A stretch of 57,663 bases of DNA from a virus. Lineage: Duplodnaviria > Caudoviricetes. Shown here piece by piece: positions 25,364 to 34,645 of this stretch. The first letter of the stretch is position 1. Each line of letters starts with the position of its first letter. The stretch covers positions 1-57,663 of IMG/VR virus record IMGVR_UViG_3300030331_004162; one strand, written 5' to 3'. Both the position numbers and the translations under genes were made by a program. The notes below the pieces were generated by a model. It made no database searches. It was not told the origin of the DNA and saw only the letters and a list, made by a program, of their open reading frames with translations.

Positions 25364-25846
25364 ATGGCTAATACTACGTTTAACGGTCCCGTCCGTTCCG
25401 AAAACGGTTTTTCAGATATCACCAAAAACTCCACTACCGGCGCTGTAACCAGCACCATGACGCTTTCTACCTACGAAACTACTATCACGGTAGCTGACGG
25501 TGCCACTACGGGCAAAGAGTCTGCAATTGGTATTCCAGATAATTTTATCCCTATGGGCGTTACAATTGCCGTTACTACCGCCGCCGCAAACTCTGTCACG
25601 CTTAATGATATCGGCACAGATGCTGATACTGACGGTTTTGTTGATGGTATTTCTGCCGCTCTAAATTCAACTGGTTTCAAGGGGTTTTTCCCATGTAACG
25701 GTGTCCTTGGCATGTCCGGTGGAACAACCACTGCGGCTACTGGTACAGCGGACGAGGTTGAGCTTGTTGTTTCGGGAGATCCCGGCGGCGACACAGTTAT
25801 TGTTTTGAAGTTTTTTGGAATTTCCAGCACTTCTGACGCATCATAA
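25364..25846 (+). CDS. putative virion structural protein
   Basis: MANTTFNGPVRSENGF N-terminus; Thr/Gly-rich. Confidence 0.7.
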   Translation: MANTTFNGPVRSENGFSDITKNSTTGAVTSTMTLSTYETTITVADGATTGKESAIGIPDNFIPMGVTIAVTTAAANSVTLNDIGTDADTDGFVDGISAALNSTGFKGFFPCNGVLGMSGGTTTAATGTADEVELVVSGDPGGDTVIVLKFFGISSTSDAS

Positions 25847-25858
25847 CGGGAGATTTCC

Positions 25859-26131
25859 ATGGCTAATTCAGACGTAAGATCAAAACGTCTGACCGGAACA
25901 GGCTCTGCTGGTGTAGGGCCTGCTCGTATTCGTCAGATTCAAGTTTTTTCAGCATCTGGTACTCCAAGGCTAACCATTACTGACGCTAGTGGGGGTAGCA
26001 CAGTACTAGATTTGGATTTTTCTGCGAGTGAAACACACTCAGTTAATATCCCTGATGAAGGCATAAAAGTGTCTGATATTTTTGTCAGTGTTTTAACTAA
26101 CATTACAGCAATCACGGTGTTTTTTAGCTGA
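25859..26131 (+). CDS. small beta-rich virion-associated protein
   Basis: 90-aa ORF with GGAG SD. Confidence 0.65.
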   Translation: MANSDVRSKRLTGTGSAGVGPARIRQIQVFSASGTPRLTITDASGGSTVLDLDFSASETHSVNIPDEGIKVSDIFVSVLTNITAITVFFS

Positions 26132-26415
26132 TGGCCACCACCAAAGACGTAAAAAGGCTCCCCTCTGGTCGTTTAAGCTACCGAGGGGAAACTTTTTCGG
26201 GCTACAACAAGCCTAAAAAAACCCCCGGAAAGTCCAAAAAAAGTGCGGTTTTGGCTAAAAAAGGCAAGGAAGTAAAACTTGTTCGCTTTGGTGATCCGAA
26301 CATGTCGATTAAAAAGTCACAGCCGGGCCGCAGAAGTAATTTTAGAGCGCGTCACAATTGTGATACGGCAAAGGATAAATTTTCTGCTAGGTATTGGTCC
26401 TGTAAAGCTTGGTAA
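26131..26415 (+). CDS. small basic protein (DUF6321-like)
   Basis: VRFGDP...RRSNFRARHNC...SARYWSCKAW. Confidence 0.7.
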   Translation: MATTKDVKRLPSGRLSYRGETFSGYNKPKKTPGKSKKSAVLAKKGKEVKLVRFGDPNMSIKKSQPGRRSNFRARHNCDTAKDKFSARYWSCKAW

Positions 26416-26420
26416 TCGCC

Positions 26421-26603
26421 ATGAGGTTAGAAGATGTTTTAGCCAAGCTAAACCAGCATGAGGCGGAATGTGCGCTTCGTTATGCTCGTATTGAAGAAAG
26501 GCTGGATGACCAAAAACAGTCTTTAAACAAATTAGATATAAAAATTTGGGGTTTAGCTGTTTTGATTATAAGCGCCCCCATTTTTACTAAGATGATAGGG
26601 TGA
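26421..26603 (+). CDS. small coiled-coil plus TM protein
   Basis: HEAECALRY motif; C-terminal hydrophobic helix. Confidence 0.65.
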   Translation: MRLEDVLAKLNQHEAECALRYARIEERLDDQKQSLNKLDIKIWGLAVLIISAPIFTKMIG

Positions 26604-26607
26604 TGTT

Positions 26608-26862
26608 ATGGGTATGGGGATTTCGGGCTCAAGGGTAAAAACAGGGCCAAAAAAATCAAAAGTCCAAGTCACTTACATGCGTAAAGGTGGTGCGGCGTCT
26701 AGTAAAAGCAAGGGCAGTAAAATTTGTCCTGAAGGTAAGGCGTGGGCAAAGCGAACTTTTGACACATACCCCTCTGCTTACGCTAATTTAGCCGCTAGTA
26801 AATATTGCAAAGACCCTAATTATGCTAAGAAATCAAAAGGTGGCAAAAGAAAAGGGAAGTAA
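26608..26862 (+). CDS. small basic protein
   Basis: YMRKGG and FDTYPSAYAN motifs. Confidence 0.7.
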   Translation: MGMGISGSRVKTGPKKSKVQVTYMRKGGAASSKSKGSKICPEGKAWAKRTFDTYPSAYANLAASKYCKDPNYAKKSKGGKRKGK

Positions 26863-26871
26863 GGTTCTGAA

Positions 26872-27018
26872 ATGGCTGAATTAACTGTTGCTCAGAAACG
26901 AAAGATGATAGCTGAATTGCGTAAAGCATCTAAACTACACGCTGGTCAAGCAGACCGTTTAGAAAAAACTTTGCCGGGTTCAAAAAAATCTGGAAAAAAA
27001 GGCAATGGGCGAACTTAA
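26872..27018 (+). CDS. small basic protein (48 aa)
   Basis: Own translation MAELTVAQKRKMIAELRKASKLHAGQADRL...; fills the gap in the operon. Confidence 0.6.
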   Translation: MAELTVAQKRKMIAELRKASKLHAGQADRLEKTLPGSKKSGKKGNGRT

Positions 27019-27328
27019 AAATTGGCTGGACCAAGATTGGGTCCGTATTGATAGCAGTGGAAACATTGTTGGTGAATGCGGCACCTCTAAAGATAAAAAA
27101 CGTCCAGATCGTTGTTTGCCTCGTTCTAAAGCCAACAGCTTGAGCAAATCCGAACGTGCCTCTACAGCGCGTAAAAAGAAGCGTGAGGGCGCGAAAGGTA
27201 AGCAAGTCGTAGCTAATACTAAAGCCGCTAAAGTCCGCAAAGCCGCCAATGGTGGAGAAATACGTAAAAATCACCGGGGTTGTGGTGCCGTGATGCCGGA
27301 GCGTAGAAAAAAGACTAGGTATGACTAG
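27005..27328 (+). CDS. small basic protein (DUF5872-like)
   Basis: LKNWLDQDWV...ECG...RCLP...ARKKKREG. Confidence 0.65.
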   Translation: MGELKNWLDQDWVRIDSSGNIVGECGTSKDKKRPDRCLPRSKANSLSKSERASTARKKKREGAKGKQVVANTKAAKVRKAANGGEIRKNHRGCGAVMPERRKKTRYD

Positions 27329-27330
27329 TC

Positions 27331-27924
27331 ATGGACCTAGAACAAAAAGTCATTGAAGAAATAAAAGAATGGGCAAACCAAGTTCTAGATAAGCCTAACT
27401 CTTTTTTTAACAACCTTCCGGCGTGTCCTTACGCCAGAAAAGCTTTTTTATCTGACAAAGTAGGTTTTTCGTTTAGTTACGAAAAATCTATGCACCACTT
27501 ATACACAGTTTTGTCACAGTTTGATGACACCTACGATGTAATTTTGTGTGTGCAATTTGATTTTGTGAGTGAATCACAAGAATTTCATGATTACATCGGG
27601 GCTTTGAATGACGCCATAGCTACAGGCACTTTTGTGCAAAAAGACTTGTGGGTCATGGGCTTTCACCCGTATGACGAAGGCGAAGAGGCATTTGACCAAG
27701 AATTTGATTATTTAGTGGACGAGCCATACGCCATGTTTTTTGTGCAACGGCTTTCCACTATTGAAAAATCGGCAGAAATGCTGAGAGAAAAGGGGTACTA
27801 TGATCAGTACCTAAATGACCCAGAAACCGCTGGTTTGTGGGATGAGCGTCAGGAACTATATAGGAGACTCTGTGATGCCGGGAATGAGAAATGGTATGGC
27901 CAAGAAAAAAGCCAAGCCTGTTAA
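27331..27924 (+). CDS. DUF1415-like hypothetical protein
   Basis: W...ACPYAR...MGFHP...FVQRL pattern. Confidence 0.6.
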   Translation: MDLEQKVIEEIKEWANQVLDKPNSFFNNLPACPYARKAFLSDKVGFSFSYEKSMHHLYTVLSQFDDTYDVILCVQFDFVSESQEFHDYIGALNDAIATGTFVQKDLWVMGFHPYDEGEEAFDQEFDYLVDEPYAMFFVQRLSTIEKSAEMLREKGYYDQYLNDPETAGLWDERQELYRRLCDAGNEKWYGQEKSQAC

Positions 27925-28225
27925 GAAAATGCGTGGCGGTGGTAATCCAAAAGCGAAAGCCAAGCCTGTTAAGAAAAGAAACGGCGGCGAGGCCATGATG
28001 GACCCCCCGCCTAAAGCAAAAGCACTGCCTAAGAAAATGCGTGGCGGTGGCATGGCAATGAAGGACAAACCCCCCGGCCTAAGAGGCGGTGGTAATCCAA
28101 AAGCAAAAGCCAAGCCTGTTAAGAAAAGAGGTGGCGGCGGCGTAAAAGCCAAGAAAAAAGCCAAGCCTATTAAAAGAGGCATGGGCGGTGCCGTAGTCCG
28201 TAGTAGCTCAAAGAAGTCTTTGTAG
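27875..28225 (+). CDS. Lys/Gly-rich repetitive basic protein (histone-like)
   Basis: Repeats AKPVKK and MRGGG; AGGAG SD before the ATG at 27875. Confidence 0.7.
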   Translation: MPGMRNGMAKKKAKPVKKMRGGGNPKAKAKPVKKRNGGEAMMDPPPKAKALPKKMRGGGMAMKDKPPGLRGGGNPKAKAKPVKKRGGGGVKAKKKAKPIKRGMGGAVVRSSSKKSL

Positions 28226-28227
28226 CC

Positions 28228-28644
28228 ATGAAAAAGGACTTAAAGCCTGTTCCAAAGGGGAACAAAGGTTTGCCAAAACTACCGACTGAGGTCCGAAACA
28301 AGATGGGCTTCATGAAGCACGGTGGTCCGGTAAACGCACACAAACAGGAAGCTATGAGCCCTTGTCCAAAGCCACGGGTCCGAGGTTATGAAAAAGGTGG
28401 TGGTGTGACTCTGCCTAGGTCAGAAACAACCATTATCCCTGATCACGAAGGTCCTAGAAAGGACAGTGATTATTATGATTACCTTAGCTCTGCTGAAAAA
28501 TCGGGGTCGGCAGGGGCTGGAGCGGTAAGAGGTATTGGTTCTGGTTTAGGTAAAGGTAAGCCTGTTCTCCCGAAAAAAAAGCCTAAACGAAAAACTGACG
28601 ACGAGCGATTGTTAGAGAAAATCAGAAAAAAGGCTAAAGAATGA
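28228..28644 (+). CDS. basic hypothetical protein
   Basis: GLPKLPTEVRNKMGFMKHGG and YEKGG motifs. Confidence 0.7.
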   Translation: MKKDLKPVPKGNKGLPKLPTEVRNKMGFMKHGGPVNAHKQEAMSPCPKPRVRGYEKGGGVTLPRSETTIIPDHEGPRKDSDYYDYLSSAEKSGSAGAGAVRGIGSGLGKGKPVLPKKKPKRKTDDERLLEKIRKKAKE

Positions 28645-29309
28645 CTACGTCAGGTTCAACAGACTTTGAGTTAGATGTAAGTGACTACATCGAAGAGGCT
28701 TATGAACGCTGTGGGCTAGAAGTCCGCACGGGTTATGACCTTAAAACTGCAAAAAGGTCGTTGAACTTGATGTTGGCCGATTGGGCAAACCGGGGTTTGA
28801 ATCAATGGACAATTGAGCAAACAACGGTTTCGCTTACCGAAGACACTGCTGAGTATACGCTTGGAGCATCCACCATTGACGTGCTGGACGCCGTCATACG
28901 AAGAAGTGGAACAGATTTTGCGCTGGAACGGATTAGTAGGGGCGATTACATCAATATACCCACTAAAACGACCAAAGCACGTCCTTCTCAGTTCTTTGTA
29001 GATCGGCAAATCAACCCTGTGTTGAAGCTGTGGCCTGTACCTGAAAACAGCACAGACACAGTCATTATTGACAAGCTTGTACGTATGGATGACGCAGACA
29101 CGTTTACAAACACCATGGATTTGCCGTTTCGGTTTTACCCTTGTTTGGCCGCAGGTTTGGCGTATTACCTTTCAATGAAACGTGCCCCTGAACGCGTACA
29201 GCTTCTCAAGGCGGTCTATGAAGAAGAGTTTGACAGGGCCGCATCTGAGGATAGGGACAGGTCTTCTTTTAACATTCAACCCTCAATGGCTTACTCAAGG
29301 ATTCTGTAA
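28641..29309 (+). CDS. head-tail adaptor/connector protein (putative)
   Basis: IEEAYERCG...AKRSLNLMLADWANRG...LWPVP...LAAGLAYYL. Confidence 0.7.
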   Translation: MTTSGSTDFELDVSDYIEEAYERCGLEVRTGYDLKTAKRSLNLMLADWANRGLNQWTIEQTTVSLTEDTAEYTLGASTIDVLDAVIRRSGTDFALERISRGDYINIPTKTTKARPSQFFVDRQINPVLKLWPVPENSTDTVIIDKLVRMDDADTFTNTMDLPFRFYPCLAAGLAYYLSMKRAPERVQLLKAVYEEEFDRAASEDRDRSSFNIQPSMAYSRIL

Positions 29310-29668
29310 TGGCTAGGTTTGCTAACGGTAAGTTTGCATACGGCATATCAGATCGCTCGGGCTTTCGTTACAAGCTAAACGAAATGAAACGTGAGTGGAC
29401 GGGGATGTTGGTGGGTCCTGATGAGTATGAGCCAAAACACCCCCAGCTAGAGCCTCGTAGGAAAGCTGTGGACCCACAAGCTTTGTTAAACCCTAGACCA
29501 CAGCCAGACAATCCAACCAGTGCTTTTTTGGTTAAGACTACAAATGGTATTAGCTATTTGGGTAATGGAAATTGGTCTACCTCGGGTGTAGCTCAGTTGC
29601 CATCAGAGCTTGATGCGACCGACGCTCTGACAGGCTCTGTAGGCTCAGTTACGGTGACTACCTCATGA
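29309..29668 (+). CDS. conserved tail-module hypothetical protein
   Basis: ISDRSGFRY...EPKHPQL...PRP. Confidence 0.7.
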   Translation: MARFANGKFAYGISDRSGFRYKLNEMKREWTGMLVGPDEYEPKHPQLEPRRKAVDPQALLNPRPQPDNPTSAFLVKTTNGISYLGNGNWSTSGVAQLPSELDATDALTGSVGSVTVTTS

Positions 29669-30312
29669 GTTTTACTTTTGGTGAATTAAAACAGGCCATA
29701 AAAGATTACACGGAAAACGACGAAACGACGTTTACCAATAATCTCCCTGTGTTTATCCGCAATGCTGAAGAGCGCATTCTCAAAAATGTACAGCTTTCGG
29801 AGTTTCGTAAAAATGTGGTGGGGACTTCTACCGCTTCTAATCAGTTTTTAGATTGCCCGTCTGATTTTTTGGCCCCGTTTTCGCTTTCTTTTGAAGTTTC
29901 TTCGTCCAAAATTTTTGTTGAATATAAAGACGTTAATTTTTTGCAGACGTTTAACCCAAACAGTAGCACCACAGGGACGCCTAGATACTACGCGATGTTT
30001 GATAGCAGTAATTTTATTTTAGCGCCTACTCCAGATGCCGCTTTGACCGCGGAGCTACACTATTACTACCGACCCGCCAGTTTGACCAGTTTGAGCGATA
30101 CAAGTCAGTCATGGCTTAGTGAAAACGCGCCCTTGGCGCTGTTATACGGCAGTTTGCTAGAGGCGTACACCTTTATGAAAGGTGAGCAGGATGTTCTAGC
30201 TCTGTACACTGCTCAATTGCAAAACGCTCTTATTGGTATGAAGCAGTTTGGAGAATCTAAAGAAGTGACGGATCAATATATGACCGGCATGGTCATAAGG
30301 CCTAAACAATGA
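29665..30312 (+). CDS. adaptor/tail tubular A-like protein (putative)
   Basis: FIRNAEERI...GTPRYYA...LAPTPD...LLYGSLLEAY. Confidence 0.7.
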   Translation: MSFTFGELKQAIKDYTENDETTFTNNLPVFIRNAEERILKNVQLSEFRKNVVGTSTASNQFLDCPSDFLAPFSLSFEVSSSKIFVEYKDVNFLQTFNPNSSTTGTPRYYAMFDSSNFILAPTPDAALTAELHYYYRPASLTSLSDTSQSWLSENAPLALLYGSLLEAYTFMKGEQDVLALYTAQLQNALIGMKQFGESKEVTDQYMTGMVIRPKQ

Positions 30313-30599
30313 ACTTTGAAGGGGTTACACTATCACCGGGCATAGTCGAAGTTCAGACTACTCAACATCGTGGTTTCACCCCGGAAGAGGTGGCTGACCG
30401 ATGCTTAACCAAACTTCTTAGCGTTTCTGATACGGCACCGCCCGCTATCAGAGATCAAGCGATAGCTTATAAGGAGCATATGAGAGCGGTTCTTGTCTTC
30501 TACATGAAGGAAGCCGTTCAAAGCGACAGGACTACTGTTAACAACGCTCTGCTTGATGCAGGGCACAAAGATTTGGCTGAACTTATCGGGAGATTATGA
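30309..30599 (+). CDS. conserved hypothetical protein
   Basis: RGFTPEEVA...APPAIRDQA motif. Confidence 0.7.
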   Translation: MNFEGVTLSPGIVEVQTTQHRGFTPEEVADRCLTKLLSVSDTAPPAIRDQAIAYKEHMRAVLVFYMKEAVQSDRTTVNNALLDAGHKDLAELIGRL

Positions 30600-30600
30600 C

Positions 30601-31047
30601 ATGGCCTTCTCAGGAAATTTTATGTGTACCAGCTTTAAGCAAGAACTGCTTCAGGCCAAACACGATTTTACAAATAGCTCTGGCGATACGTACAAGCTGG
30701 CAATGTACACCAACTCTGCTAGTTTTAATGCGTCAACCACGGCGTATACAACCAGCAATGAGATTAGCGGAACAGGCTACTCAGCGGGTGGGGGAACACT
30801 GACCAACGTGACCCCGACCACTTCGGGAACTACGGCCTTGACCGACTTTGCCGATCTCACGTTCTCCAGTAGCACCCTGACGGCGCGTGGAGCCTTGATT
30901 TATAACACCACGACAGGTAGTGGCAGCGGAACTACTAACACCGTGCTTGTTCTGGATTTTGGCGCTGATAAGTCATCAAGCTCTGGTGACTTTACGATTG
31001 TGTTCCCAACGGCTGACGCATCTAACGCTATTATTAGGATCGCATAA
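30601..31047 (+). CDS. putative tail/fibre-associated structural protein
   Basis: MCTSFKQELL...YSAGG.TL...ARGALIYN...VLDFGADK. Confidence 0.7.
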   Translation: MAFSGNFMCTSFKQELLQAKHDFTNSSGDTYKLAMYTNSASFNASTTAYTTSNEISGTGYSAGGGTLTNVTPTTSGTTALTDFADLTFSSSTLTARGALIYNTTTGSGSGTTNTVLVLDFGADKSSSSGDFTIVFPTADASNAIIRIA

Positions 31048-31049
31048 TC

Positions 31050-32075
31050 ATGGCCTTGGTCGTTGCTGATCGCGTAAAAGAAACCACCACATCGACAGGT
31101 ACAGGCGCGATTACGCTCGGGGGTGCAGAATCCAACTTCCGCACCTTTTCGTCTGTCCTGTCGGATGCGGACACCACTTACTACGCCATCATTGATGACA
31201 ACAACGTCGCTTTTGAGGTTGGTCTAGGCACTTATGCAAGTAGCGGTAACACGATAACCCGCACCACGGTTCTTGCCAGTTCCAATAGCAACAATGCCGT
31301 GAACTTTAGTGCGGGAACCAAAGATGTGTTCCTGACCTATCCTGCGGATAAGTCTGTAAACAGAGACGCCTCGGGTAATGTCTCGGTTAGCGGCGGTGTA
31401 ACGGCAACATCTTTTACTGGCCCTGTCACAGCTACTCAGGTAGACCTGACCGGACAGGGTGATCTTCGTTTACAAGATAGTTCTGGCGGCGAGTACGTGG
31501 CTTTGCAGGCGGCTTCGACGCTAGGCTCTAGCTACACGTTAACTTTGCCTACAAGCGATGGTAGTGCAGATCAAGTTCTTCAAACAGATGGGTCAGGAGT
31601 TTTAAGCTGGGTTACTCATGGCATTACTCATTTAGATACTTGGCGAATAACGTCAAACATTACATCCGATGCAGTTCCAATTACTACTTGGTCAAATAGT
31701 GCAGCATATCCAAATTTGCAGCCTACTTTGGGTACGGCAATGTCTCTTAGCAGCGGACTTTTTACTTTTCCCGTTACAGGATATTGGGAAGTACAGTTTT
31801 TTGGACAATATTATAATACTGGAAGCGATAATATGGGCATTGGTATACAAGCGTACGAAGCCGATGGAACTCTTAGGAGCGTGTCCGTCGCCGCTGTAGG
31901 AGAAACTGCTTCATATTATAATCAGATAAATCTTACCTCTTATTTAAATATTACAAATGTTTCTACTCAAAAAGTACGATTTTTTGCAAATAGTATAGTA
32001 AGTGGAAGACTTGAAGGCGCCACAGATCGAGATAAAACATATGTTGTATTCAAGCGCATTGCAGGCTCGGTTTAA
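31050..32075 (+). CDS. tail fibre protein 1
   Basis: N-terminal DRVKETTTSTGTG anchor, LTLPTSDGSADQVLQTDGSGVLSW fibre motif, C1q-like C-terminus (FTFPVTGYW). Confidence 0.75.
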   Translation: MALVVADRVKETTTSTGTGAITLGGAESNFRTFSSVLSDADTTYYAIIDDNNVAFEVGLGTYASSGNTITRTTVLASSNSNNAVNFSAGTKDVFLTYPADKSVNRDASGNVSVSGGVTATSFTGPVTATQVDLTGQGDLRLQDSSGGEYVALQAASTLGSSYTLTLPTSDGSADQVLQTDGSGVLSWVTHGITHLDTWRITSNITSDAVPITTWSNSAAYPNLQPTLGTAMSLSSGLFTFPVTGYWEVQFFGQYYNTGSDNMGIGIQAYEADGTLRSVSVAAVGETASYYNQINLTSYLNITNVSTQKVRFFANSIVSGRLEGATDRDKTYVVFKRIAGSV

Positions 32076-32157
32076 AAAAGACTAGGAGATAGCCAATAGT
32101 TGAAAGTTCTACTTCTTGGGAGCTGGTGGATTAAATCAAGGCTAATTGGAGAAAACA

Positions 32158-32820
32158 ATGGCACTTGTCATTAAAGACAGAGTAAAAGAGACAACAACGA
32201 CCACCGGCACGGGAAACATTGCCTTGGGCGGCGCGGTCAACAACTTTGTCACGTTTTCTTCTGTTCTGTCAAACAGTGATACAACTTACTACGCGATTGT
32301 AGACAGCAATAACTCTGACTTTGAGGTGGGGCTGGGAACATACGCCAGTAGCGGCAACACAATCGCTAGAACCACCGTGCTTGCAAGCTCTAACAGCGGT
32401 TCTGCTGTTGATTTGTCAGCAGGAAGCAAGGTTATTTTTTGCGCCTTCCCAGCCGACAAAGCGGTGGTTGAAGACGCCAACGGTGTAGTGTCAATAGAAA
32501 ATTTGCAGTTTGACACTAACGCGATCAAGTCTACAAACACCAACGGCAACATACAGCTATTTCCGTCAGGGACAGGCTTTACAGAGCTTTACGGCAATAC
32601 CAATGCTGGTGCTATCCGGTTTAATTGCGAGTCAAACAGCCACGGTGTAACCCTTAAAGGGCCACCCCACAGTGCCTCTGCCACTTACAGCCTAGAGCTT
32701 CCAAATGCAGATGGAACAAGCGGTCAGGCGTTACTGACAGATGGCTCTGGCAAACTGTCATTTGGAGCCGCAGGGATTAACACAGGCAAAGCCATTGCGA
32801 TGGCTATTGTATTTGGATAG
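32158..32820 (+). CDS. tail fibre protein 2 (paralogous N-terminus)
   Basis: DRVKETTTTTGTG anchor; LPNADGTSGQALLTDGSGKLSF; ends GKAIAMAIVFG. Confidence 0.75.
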   Translation: MALVIKDRVKETTTTTGTGNIALGGAVNNFVTFSSVLSNSDTTYYAIVDSNNSDFEVGLGTYASSGNTIARTTVLASSNSGSAVDLSAGSKVIFCAFPADKAVVEDANGVVSIENLQFDTNAIKSTNTNGNIQLFPSGTGFTELYGNTNAGAIRFNCESNSHGVTLKGPPHSASATYSLELPNADGTSGQALLTDGSGKLSFGAAGINTGKAIAMAIVFG

Positions 32821-32830
32821 GAGCTAAGAG

Positions 32831-33205
32831 ATGGCGGCACCAAACATTGTCAATGTCAGTACAATTACAGGCAAATCGTTTTACCTTGCGCTAGCCAACA
32901 CAAGCGCAACTGCGCTGGTCAGCAACGCTGCATCAAGTGGTAAAGTTTTCAAGATCAACATGATTCAGGTTGCCAATGTCGATGGGTCTGTAGCCTGTGA
33001 TGTGACCGTTAAGTATCACACACAAGATGATATTGGTGGCACGGGATATGCCTTGGTGTCTACCGTATCCGTTCCACAGGATTCGGCACTGGTTGTTTTA
33101 GACAAAAACACAGCCATGTATCTTGAAGAAGACCGATCCATCTCTGTCACAGCAGGGACGGCAAATGATCTTGAGGTTCTTGTTAGCTACGAAGAAATTA
33201 GCTAG
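32831..33205 (+). CDS. fibre-tip adaptor-like protein
   Basis: MAAPNIVNVSTITGK...YLEEDRSI...VSYEEIS; follows the fibre ending in AIAMAIVFG. Confidence 0.65.
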   Translation: MAAPNIVNVSTITGKSFYLALANTSATALVSNAASSGKVFKINMIQVANVDGSVACDVTVKYHTQDDIGGTGYALVSTVSVPQDSALVVLDKNTAMYLEEDRSISVTAGTANDLEVLVSYEEIS

Positions 33206-33214
33206 GTCTGAGCC

Positions 33215-34645
33215 ATGAAGTTCTTGGGCAAAGACCCCAACATCATTGATGCCTATTACACCGCTACGGCTGAAGGCGCGATTACGGCTGGAAAACCTGT
33301 CATTGTTGAGGCAGATGGTGATGTAGCTCAAGTAGCGTTAGGTGGTTCAGAACTAGGTTCTGCCGCCGTTGTTGATAGCAATAATGTCTCTCAAACTCTA
33401 ATAGCCTATGACTCAAGTGCGGGCAAGGTGGTTATTGCGTACAGAGACAATACAAACGCAAATAAAGGACAAGCCCGAGTAGGCACTGTTTCTGGAAGTT
33501 CAATTACTTTTGGTACAGAGGTTGCTTTTGCTGACGCGCAAACTACCCCTCTGGGCATTTCGTATGATGCGAATGCAGAAAAGGTGGTTATCATTTTTTA
33601 TGACGATGACAACTCAAACTATGGCACGGCTGTTGTCGGCACGATAAGCGGTACGGATATTAGTTTTGGCACAGAGGTTGTTTATAACTCTGCCAACTCA
33701 TACGGCGGAGGCATAGCTTACGACATCAACGCTCAAAAACATTTGATTGCTTACAGAGATAGTGATAATCGCGGCAAGGCCCGCGTGGGCACGGTGTCGG
33801 GGACGAGTATTTCTTTTGGAACTGAGGCGCAGTTTGAGTCAAGTACTTTCTATTACGGCGAAGTAACCTACGACGAAACCGCACAAAAAAGTATTATTTT
33901 CTGGAATAGAGGGTTTGGTAGCGGTCAGGCAGTTGTCGCTACGATTAGCGGCACTGATGTCACTTATGGAAGCATTGCAGAGTTCTCGTCTAGCGCGTTA
34001 GGTTCTGAAGGCCCAGAGGGGGCTTATGATGCAACATCACAAAAAGTAGTTGTTGCTTATGCAGACAACGGTAATTCTGGTTATGGCACTGCTAAAGTCT
34101 GCACTATTAGCGGAACAAGTGTAAGTTTTGGGAGCGCCCAAGTTTACAACTCTACCGCAGAGGCTATGACGGGTCTTGGGGCTGGTGGAGGAAAGCTCGT
34201 TGTGGCGTATTCAATCAACTCAACAAGCAAAGGAAAACTCAACGTAGGAACAGTGTCTGGGACATCCATATCGTGGGATTCCGCTGTAGAGTTTGAGGAC
34301 GCACAAGTTGAAAATACTGCTGTTGCATACGATTCCACAGCAGGCCGATTTGTCATTGCTTATCGAGATCAGGGAAATTCTAGCGCCGGTACATCAATAG
34401 TTTTTGCGGCTGTTACCGTAAACCTCACCTCAGAAAACTACATAGGCATCGCCGCCGATACTTACTCTGACAATGAAGACTCAACGATTGGCATAGTCGG
34501 CTGCATAGATCGTAATCAAACCAGCCTGACAGCAGGCCAGCAATATTTTGTTCAGACTGACGGCACACTTAGCACCACAGCAGGATCGCCGTCTGTTCTG
34601 GCTGGCACTGCCATATCCGCTACTGAACTGGTGGTGAAAGAATGA
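33215..34645 (+). CDS. beta-propeller-like repeat protein 1 (putative receptor-binding)
   Basis: ~48-aa repeats of the form YD..aqKVVIAY.D.gNs.yGta.VGTVSGTSISFG. Confidence 0.75.
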   Translation: MKFLGKDPNIIDAYYTATAEGAITAGKPVIVEADGDVAQVALGGSELGSAAVVDSNNVSQTLIAYDSSAGKVVIAYRDNTNANKGQARVGTVSGSSITFGTEVAFADAQTTPLGISYDANAEKVVIIFYDDDNSNYGTAVVGTISGTDISFGTEVVYNSANSYGGGIAYDINAQKHLIAYRDSDNRGKARVGTVSGTSISFGTEAQFESSTFYYGEVTYDETAQKSIIFWNRGFGSGQAVVATISGTDVTYGSIAEFSSSALGSEGPEGAYDATSQKVVVAYADNGNSGYGTAKVCTISGTSVSFGSAQVYNSTAEAMTGLGAGGGKLVVAYSINSTSKGKLNVGTVSGTSISWDSAVEFEDAQVENTAVAYDSTAGRFVIAYRDQGNSSAGTSIVFAAVTVNLTSENYIGIAADTYSDNEDSTIGIVGCIDRNQTSLTAGQQYFVQTDGTLSTTAGSPSVLAGTAISATELVVKE

